Virus record (IMG/VR): IMGVR_UViG_3300038312_000261
Location: 1-44,555 of that record
Source: a virus
Lineage: Duplodnaviria > Caudoviricetes
DNA length: 44,555 nucleotides
Direction: 5' to 3' (one strand)
Shown here piece after piece: positions 38,057-44,555 of this stretch (position 1 is the first letter of the stretch; each line of letters starts with the position of its first letter). The translations under genes were made by a program, and so were the position numbers. The notes beneath the pieces were generated by a model, which saw only the letters and a list, made by a program, of their open reading frames with translations, was not told the DNA's origin and searched no databases.

Positions 38057-38602
38057 ATGATTACTGTTGACGTTGATTTGAATGAATTGTTTGATATGGG
38101 CAAAAACATAGAGGATGCCGACTACACGGCTATTCTTATAGATTGCGCTAACTCGACACTGGGGAATATCAAGCAACGTGTTTTTATTGACGGAATAGAC
38201 AGCAATGATAGTCAGATTGGCACGTATTCTGAAACATACATGAAAGTGAGAACCGGAAATTATCCGGAAACACTATTGAGCGGTGACTTCAGGAAAGCCA
38301 AAACAAAAGCTGGGCAAGCAGGAGTTTATACTAAAGGGAAAAACAAAGGACAACCGAGACCAAGATACAATAGATCTACAGACACTAAAGTCATAGGCTC
38401 ATTGACTCGTGAAATGGAAAATGATATGAAGGTTGTTGCTGATGGTGATGATGTTTACATTGGGTTCTCAAATGAGCACAACTGGGATAAATCTCAATGG
38501 TTGGAAGAAACTTACAAGAAGGATATTTGGATGTTGACTGAAAGTGAAGATGCGCTGATTGACGAGTTGGTTAATGATTTTATAGACGAAATAATAGGAT
38601 GA
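38057..38602 (+). CDS. Neck/tail completion protein (virion morphogenesis family)
   Basis: IKQRVF..G...IGTYS..Y...LTREM...IGF pattern. Confidence 0.6.
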   Translation: MITVDVDLNELFDMGKNIEDADYTAILIDCANSTLGNIKQRVFIDGIDSNDSQIGTYSETYMKVRTGNYPETLLSGDFRKAKTKAGQAGVYTKGKNKGQPRPRYNRSTDTKVIGSLTREMENDMKVVADGDDVYIGFSNEHNWDKSQWLEETYKKDIWMLTESEDALIDELVNDFIDEIIG

Positions 38603-39111
38603 TACACGAAGCGGTTTTGCAAATAAACAATGCCTTGAGGCTCGGATTACAGCTTGAAGGGATTACTAACATATCTGCTAACGAAATTGCCGAAGTTGCT
38701 ATTGTGAACCTGAAAGGTTATCAAAAATCATTTCCTGCTCTATTTGATGTAAATGGTGAAGGCAGATACCCATTTTTAGATGATGCGTTTGATCTTGGTT
38801 TTTATCATCGTGTAAACAGTAATCGGTATTTGCCAAATTATAGAAATTTCGGTCGAAATAAAGACAGATATGTTGAGTCTGACATGATGCTGATTGTATG
38901 GGGATTCTCGAAAGTATTGCAGTTAAGTAAATATCAAGTAGAAGAAATTATGAGAAAATCATTTCCGGATGAGGCTCTTTTAATGCAATCTACATTTGAC
39001 AGCCTGCAGATATTCAATAGAGAGTTTAAAGGTTATAAATTTAATATCAGACCCGAAGAATTTGTTTTTTCAATCCAATATAAAGTTCGGTACGCTGAAA
39101 AGAAGTGCTGA
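38599..39111 (+). CDS. Tail terminator candidate
   Basis: Position before the tail tube gene. Confidence 0.45.
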   Translation: MIHEAVLQINNALRLGLQLEGITNISANEIAEVAIVNLKGYQKSFPALFDVNGEGRYPFLDDAFDLGFYHRVNSNRYLPNYRNFGRNKDRYVESDMMLIVWGFSKVLQLSKYQVEEIMRKSFPDEALLMQSTFDSLQIFNREFKGYKFNIRPEEFVFSIQYKVRYAEKKC

Positions 39112-39149
39112 AAATACTAACACTTGAAACATTTTAACGTTAAAATATT

Positions 39150-39749
39150 ATGGCATTAGTTTATAAAAATTGCATACCTACAACCGGAAATCCGGCATAT
39201 GCATGTGATCCATGCTCTGATGGCGAGAAAGGGCGAGTGAGCGGTGTGGTATTGTTTGATAAATCGATTAAGGATGACCTAACCCAAGCAAATCTAATTT
39301 TAATGAGTTGGTGGGAGGCCCAGCTTGCAGCTTCAACCGTAAGAATCATTCCATCTGTACGCGGGACGTATGACGGAGGCACAAACAAGACGGTAACCGG
39401 TTTTGGCCGTTTAGCCGAGAAGATAACCGGAAAAGAGCATGTGTTGGTATGGAATGATAAAAACCACACAACAAATCATGCTTTTTATTCTTATCTGGAA
39501 GAAAATCTGAAAAACTTTATCCCTGGGTGGGTTACCGAAAATGAGTTACGCATTGCAAATGCTCCTTTGACAAAATTTGAAGTAAAGGATCCTGTGGAAG
39601 AGGATGTGGACAGCATTGTAGTTTGGCAGTCTACTGCTACATGGACCCAAAAGAATCCGAATATTCCTCAAATATTTGATTTGACGGAACATGACGACGT
39701 AAAAGAGTTATTTGATAATTGTATTGATACTACTCCTGTAGAACCTTAA
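39150..39749 (+). CDS. Major tail tube protein (putative)
   Basis: ~200 aa, beta-rich, followed by a terminator. Confidence 0.6.
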   Translation: MALVYKNCIPTTGNPAYACDPCSDGEKGRVSGVVLFDKSIKDDLTQANLILMSWWEAQLAASTVRIIPSVRGTYDGGTNKTVTGFGRLAEKITGKEHVLVWNDKNHTTNHAFYSYLEENLKNFIPGWVTENELRIANAPLTKFEVKDPVEEDVDSIVVWQSTATWTQKNPNIPQIFDLTEHDDVKELFDNCIDTTPVEP

Positions 39750-39759
39750 CTATGAACTG

Positions 39760-39786
39760 AAAAGGCTGCTATCAACAGCCTTTTTT
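39760..39786 (+). terminator. Intrinsic terminator
   Basis: AAAAGGCTG-CTATCAA-CAGCCTTTTTT. Confidence 0.85.
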
Positions 39787-39798
39787 AAATAAAATAAT

Positions 39799-40170
39799 AT
39801 GGAATTAGCACGATATTATCAGGGTGACGATATACCCGTGGTTATTGAGCTGTTTGAAGACGAGGCTGAATCTGTCCCAGTAGATATAGACAATATGCTT
39901 GATCTTATTGTGTTCGTTTATACTGATGGCATAAGAATTGCCAAATATTCAAAAACAGTAAAAACAGGATATAAAACATTAACAAGAAATTCATCAACGA
40001 ACTATTCTCTTATTGTTGAAACTGCTTTTACTAAAACATTTAATCCTGGTATTCTAAATATGGAGATAAATGAAGTGACAACGGCTCCTGGAATCGATGA
40101 CGGCAGATTCAATAAAATAGGTGTTTTTCCTATAGCTTTTTTAAACAAATCACTCATAAAGATTGAATAA
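39799..40170 (+). CDS. Small beta-sandwich baseplate/fibre adaptor candidate
   Basis: YYQGDDIPVVIEL, BppU-N-like start; abuts the fibre gene. Confidence 0.5.
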   Translation: MELARYYQGDDIPVVIELFEDEAESVPVDIDNMLDLIVFVYTDGIRIAKYSKTVKTGYKTLTRNSSTNYSLIVETAFTKTFNPGILNMEINEVTTAPGIDDGRFNKIGVFPIAFLNKSLIKIE

Positions 40171-43100
40171 ATGAATGCGAGAATAACGATAGGAAATGCA
40201 ACCATTTTAAGATTATTAATGGGTGCTAATGTAAATATTACCGGTCAAAATGGATTGACTCCATATATAGGTTCAAACGGTAACTGGTGGATAGGAATTA
40301 CTGATACTGGCTTTAAAGTTGTAGGTAACGACGGTTTAACTCCTTACATTAAAAACGGTAACTGGTGGATAGGCGAGATTGATACGGGAGTTGCTGCGGA
40401 TGCACAACCGTGGACGCCTATTTTTTCTCTCGCCATGGATGGTTCTCGTTATGTTCAAAAGCTGACCAGCTACGTTGGCGGATCTGGTGCCGCTCCAACT
40501 GCTAATATTGGTCAATACTTGAAGTCAGACGGAACGTTCACTTCAGTTATAACAGAAGCTGCTACCTATACAAATGCAGAGGCATTAAGTAGCAAGGTAG
40601 ATAAAGGAGGTAGCGACAAAACATTGAAGCAGGTTGAAGACGAAATAGTTCAATTAGCTGGCGATGTTAGCCTTAATACGGTTATGGCAATTGAGAAAAA
40701 TAATTCCATTCGGGACATAGAGCAAGCTCTATCAAAGCCAAAAACAAATCAAGATATCACCAAGAGCTATGGAGTAAAAGCTATAAATTTACATGAAATG
40801 GCAAATGGCGGCGGCATGGACATAAATATTAAAGGGCTTACATCTAATAATTTAGTGACAAATGGTGATTTTAGAAATGGGCTGACGGGATGGCAAACAT
40901 CTGGCGGCACAATTCAGCAAATATCGGGAAACTTAGTAAGTATTGGGGATGGGACGAATAGTTCGCCGTATACTTATAGGAATATTGTAAGAAATGCTGG
41001 CGACATTTATTATATCAGGGCAAGGGTAAGGGTTACAAACAGCGCATGCACCAAGATAACACTTTCTGATAGTGGTGGAGTTTCTCATAATCATATAATT
41101 AATAATCCAACATTAAATGAATGGTATGACCTTAGTGTTAGATCCGTATTCACCGAGACAAATATGAATATAATAATAATCCATACATACGTTGATGCGG
41201 CAACAGCAAGCGGGAAATCTATGGAGGTAGACCATTTATTGGCTATCAACATAACTAATACATTTGGGAGCGGTGAGGAGCCGTCCATCGATGAATGTGC
41301 TGAGATATATGACGCTTATTTTGAGGGCGAAAAAAATGTAACCTCAACAAGCAGGATAAGGGTTGTTGATAAATCGGGCGAAACTGTATCTAAATTATAT
41401 CTCATTTCCCCTGACCTTAAATCGAACGGATCAATAAAAGACGAGATAAGGCGAGGCGTTGATGGCTATGAAATGGTAAGAAGAATTAATCCATCCGACA
41501 ATACAATTTTATCTACGCCATCTATAATACCTGTAAGTTTTTCGGGGATATTAAACAGCGTTGAGGGTGGAATATTATATAAAGAACCGGTTATAAAAGA
41601 TAGGGGAGAGTATAAAACAAATATGACTATATCTTCAATAGATTATCCAATTTCATCAATTGAAGAAATAATAGTCAATGGAACTTATCTGGACGTATCA
41701 GAGGCAACAGTATCCGCAGATGGATTATCGTTTACTCATCCAGATTTAATTTCCGGAGATTTAATATTATTCACATATATTTATAACAAAGAGGGTGTCA
41801 ATGGTTTAATTACCGCGAACTATCATATAAAAGAATCTAACAGATTATCTATAAGGCACAAAGCATTAATGGTTGGCATAAGACCAGTTGCGTCAAACGT
41901 AAATAACATATCAACAGATTTGTATAGAAATGGCTTTACACTCGAACATTGCTCGATAACTGCATTTTGTAACAATTATGAAACATGGTCGTCCGATTAT
42001 GATTTAATTATTCTAACTGATACATTAATACCATACCAGCTTGACGTTACCGCTGCGACATTGAGGACGGCAATATCTCATTCAATGAATGTTGGCTGCA
42101 AATTGATAATGTTATTTAATAATTCCGCAATGCAGTTTAATAATTCCACATACGGTGGGTCTAATGGTAGCGGGGCGACAATGTATAACATAATACCGGT
42201 AAGGGTTAGAAGCGTTAGTATAACAGGAGAAGTAACTCCAACACAAAATGCTGAAATATCGAGAGGTATATTAAACTCAGAATATAAAATTTCCGGCGTT
42301 AGAAAAGATTTATATAAAGATGCTGGCGTAGATGGCGATATTGTGTTTCCCGTACAGGCTGATGACGGTATAAATACGATTAATTTAGTTGCTTACAAGA
42401 AAAATTCTTGGGCTATTATAGCCAATGGCGGCACAAGCTCTGGATATGTGTACATTGATTATTCTGAATTAATTAATGAATTGTTTGGCATAGATGTAAA
42501 CGACAGGCTCGCAATGGATTCTATGTATGGTAAAAAGGCTGCCGCCATAGGGGTAGATGCAGATTACACAACAGATATAGAAGCCATAACCAATTTATTA
42601 GAAGCCGTTCCAAAACACATACCCCTCGAGGTTGGACTTGTCGCAAATAGCGTAAATGATAACATCGCAACCGACTATAGGGGATTACAGTCTAAATACC
42701 CTAATCTATTCTTATGTAGTCACACATATTCGCATTATGGTGGCGCAACAAAAAGAACGGTCATAGATGAGGTTTACGTTATAAACAGCAAGGGATTTAT
42801 TATACTTAAAAAACCATTTAAGGCGAGAATAACAAGCATAACCTCGCTTGATGGCCTTACAACTTATACATATAAATATGGATTTATTTATGGCATGCCA
42901 ACTGACACCGAGTATTATACAAATATAGATTTAACTTATGGAGACCTGGTAGATGGATATATTAAATTCTCCCTGGCTAATGTTGGCGTAAGCGTAAAAG
43001 TATCATATACCTATCAAGATGACAATTATGAGATTATTCAGTCGATTAATAAGCTAAACGGTTATGGTTGTCTTAATGACAAGGTAGTTTATTCCACTAT

Positions 43101-43818
43101 GGGTTATAATTCTATTAGCGCAACAATATATGATCAGGCTGAAAGATTAGGAATCACCCTCTGTGAATATTATTTGTTTCCATCTAATTACAGGGCTTCT
43201 TTTATCCAAGACGCTTATTATAAAAAAGCGCCAAATTTAAATGGAAACACACTTAAAGCCCCTCTGTCTGGTGCTGATGACGTAAGTATTTTTAAAAGGT
43301 ATTCATTCGCAGACTTTCAACTTTCAGCGATGCCTTTTATTATTAACATGGCAAATCAATTAGAAATACCATACGTATCATTTATTCACGATATACTTAT
43401 ATCTCTAAATTACGCCTGGTCTGTGTATAACGATCCGGCATCATATAACGCCGATTGGAAAAAACCAACAGAGACTGAAACGGTAAACTATATAAAAAGT
43501 TTTTATACATATCTATTTTCATCCATAGACGCAGAGGGTGTTAAGTGGGTTACAAGGGGTGAATATTCAAGATTTTATCAACATATAAATAAATATGTAG
43601 AATATAATTTCAGAAGAGTAAATAATAAAGTATATCTGTATGTAAAAAATAATAGCGATAAGGTGATTGACGGGGTTACATTTAAGGTTAATTTAGACAC
43701 AACACCAATAAAAGTAAGCACAATAGATAGAAATATTGAGCATTCATATAATAATGGGATTGTAACACTTTGGATTGACTTGTCTCCAGGTGCAAATTAT
43801 GTGGTAGAAATATATTAA
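40171..43818 (+). CDS. Tail fibre/receptor-binding protein with CBM-like and polysaccharide deacetylase-like domains
   Basis: Two GLTPYI(GS/K)NGNWWIG repeats; NLVTNGDF...GW; GVDAD, SHTYSH, FIHD, KWVT. Confidence 0.75.
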   Translation: MNARITIGNATILRLLMGANVNITGQNGLTPYIGSNGNWWIGITDTGFKVVGNDGLTPYIKNGNWWIGEIDTGVAADAQPWTPIFSLAMDGSRYVQKLTSYVGGSGAAPTANIGQYLKSDGTFTSVITEAATYTNAEALSSKVDKGGSDKTLKQVEDEIVQLAGDVSLNTVMAIEKNNSIRDIEQALSKPKTNQDITKSYGVKAINLHEMANGGGMDINIKGLTSNNLVTNGDFRNGLTGWQTSGGTIQQISGNLVSIGDGTNSSPYTYRNIVRNAGDIYYIRARVRVTNSACTKITLSDSGGVSHNHIINNPTLNEWYDLSVRSVFTETNMNIIIIHTYVDAATASGKSMEVDHLLAINITNTFGSGEEPSIDECAEIYDAYFEGEKNVTSTSRIRVVDKSGETVSKLYLISPDLKSNGSIKDEIRRGVDGYEMVRRINPSDNTILSTPSIIPVSFSGILNSVEGGILYKEPVIKDRGEYKTNMTISSIDYPISSIEEIIVNGTYLDVSEATVSADGLSFTHPDLISGDLILFTYIYNKEGVNGLITANYHIKESNRLSIRHKALMVGIRPVASNVNNISTDLYRNGFTLEHCSITAFCNNYETWSSDYDLIILTDTLIPYQLDVTAATLRTAISHSMNVGCKLIMLFNNSAMQFNNSTYGGSNGSGATMYNIIPVRVRSVSITGEVTPTQNAEISRGILNSEYKISGVRKDLYKDAGVDGDIVFPVQADDGINTINLVAYKKNSWAIIANGGTSSGYVYIDYSELINELFGIDVNDRLAMDSMYGKKAAAIGVDADYTTDIEAITNLLEAVPKHIPLEVGLVANSVNDNIATDYRGLQSKYPNLFLCSHTYSHYGGATKRTVIDEVYVINSKGFIILKKPFKARITSITSLDGLTTYTYKYGFIYGMPTDTEYYTNIDLTYGDLVDGYIKFSLANVGVSVKVSYTYQDDNYEIIQSINKLNGYGCLNDKVVYSTMGYNSISATIYDQAERLGITLCEYYLFPSNYRASFIQDAYYKKAPNLNGNTLKAPLSGADDVSIFKRYSFADFQLSAMPFIINMANQLEIPYVSFIHDILISLNYAWSVYNDPASYNADWKKPTETETVNYIKSFYTYLFSSIDAEGVKWVTRGEYSRFYQHINKYVEYNFRRVNNKVYLYVKNNSDKVIDGVTFKVNLDTTPIKVSTIDRNIEHSYNNGIVTLWIDLSPGANYVVEIY

Positions 43819-43864
43819 TAATGTCAAATTGAGGACCATTTGAACCTTTTTAGCCGAAAATTAA

Positions 43865-43912
43865 AAGGCATTTAAGTGATTTTTAAAGATCATTTAGATG
43901 CCTTCTTTTTTT
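43865..43912 (+). terminator. Intrinsic terminator of the late operon
   Basis: AAGGCATTTAAGTGAT...ATCATTTAGATGCCTT followed by CTTTTTTT. Confidence 0.8.
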
Positions 43913-43982
43913 AACCTTTTATCTTCCGTTTTTTTACGTTAAAATACTTGTTTATACTGATTTAAGTCACTATATTGTAAAC

Positions 43983-44140
43983 GCTAAACTACATATTACA
44001 CTAATACGAGAGATAAGTTAATGTCTCCGGAAAAAAGTTGTATCTTTACAGCCGAATTTATAACGGCTGTCATTCCTGATTATATATGATCTCTCGGGTT
44101 TATATGTAGTTTAGCAACGGGAAATGGCAGCCGTTCTCTT
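43983..44140 (+). promoter_or_regulatory. Structured leader / antisense-type RNA switch upstream of the recombinase
   Basis: Four inverted-repeat pairs, some mutually exclusive (see findings). Confidence 0.65.
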
Positions 44141-44165
44141 TGCCTGAGTTTTAACACCGAAAAAC

Positions 44166-44555
44166 ATGGAAGCTATACGATTACCGATTAGATCAATGAA
44201 TCTCTCCAGGCCACGGTACTATGATTATGAAAAACAATTTATTGATTTTGTACAGGACTATCTTAATAAAAGTCACAGGTCTGACCGTTATAAATTAATG
44301 TACACAAATACAATCAATCACATTCGCGAGTTTTGCCGGCTTAATGGCGTAAACATCAATGATGTGTATACCTACTCAATAGGGATGGAGTTTTGTGAAA
44401 ATTTTGTACATTACTTAAAAGCAGAAAAGAACTTGATGCAAAATACTGTGAAGGGTCATCTTGAGCGGTTGCAGGCAATGTTGCAGAAAGCCATGTTGTA
44501 CGGTTATTGCGTTGACAATACATACAAAGAGGTTACGGTGATTGAGGAGGAGGTT
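44166..44555 (+). CDS. Tyrosine recombinase/integrase, N-terminal SAM-like domain (truncated by window edge; not in ORF track)
   Basis: MEAIRLP...FIDFVQDYL...YTNTINHIREF...IGMEFCENFVHYLKAEKNLMQNTVKGHLERLQAMLQKA; frame open to the window end. Confidence 0.85.
   Translation, partial: MEAIRLPIRSMNLSRPRYYDYEKQFIDFVQDYLNKSHRSDRYKLMYTNTINHIREFCRLNGVNINDVYTYSIGMEFCENFVHYLKAEKNLMQNTVKGHLERLQAMLQKAMLYGYCVDNTYKEVTVIEEEV

Larger units (their letters stand above)
2499..44555. mobile_element. Prophage (tailed, probably siphovirus-like) integrated in tRNA(CAT); right end outside the window
   Basis: att core, repressor/Cro switch, replication, terminase, portal, capsid, tape measure, lysis, tail fibre and tyrosine recombinase genes. 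Confidence 0.95.

Noticed and set aside
40171-44555. Diversity-generating retroelement acting on the tail fibre
   Set aside because: No reverse transcriptase ORF and no TR/VR pair differing at adenines was noticed in the window; sequence beyond the edge is unseen.

Overview
Bacteroidales-type chromosome segment. Two host genes (an EEP/purple-acid-phosphatase fusion and a HAD phosphatase, 82-2377) are followed by a >42 kb prophage. The prophage starts at a 44-bp 3' half of a tRNA(CAT) gene (att core, 2499-2542) and runs past the right edge inside a tyrosine recombinase gene. Order: leftward accessory/immunity operon (Pro-rich peptide, SLATT-like 2TM protein, two XRE HTH proteins, lipoprotein, P63C protein, CI-like repressor); switch region; early genes (RecE-like nuclease, nucleotidyltransferase, HNH, SSB-like protein, structured RNA cluster with an elongated tRNA-like RNA, helicase-methylase fusion, HD hydrolase, initiator with iterons, DnaC-like ATPase, PAPS reductase, NinG); then three late operons, each behind the same 40-bp operator/promoter motif. 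The late operons are packaging, lysis+tail+portal, and head+tail tube+tail fibre, in an unusual permuted order. Best leads: the 156-nt tRNA-like RNA with a greatly extended anticodon arm, an antisense/attenuator RNA switch before the recombinase, the thrice-repeated late-promoter operator, a tail-fibre tip cassette bounded by an imperfect inverted repeat, and an unannotated -1 frameshift. All protein calls come from motif recognition by eye; no database search or folding program was run.
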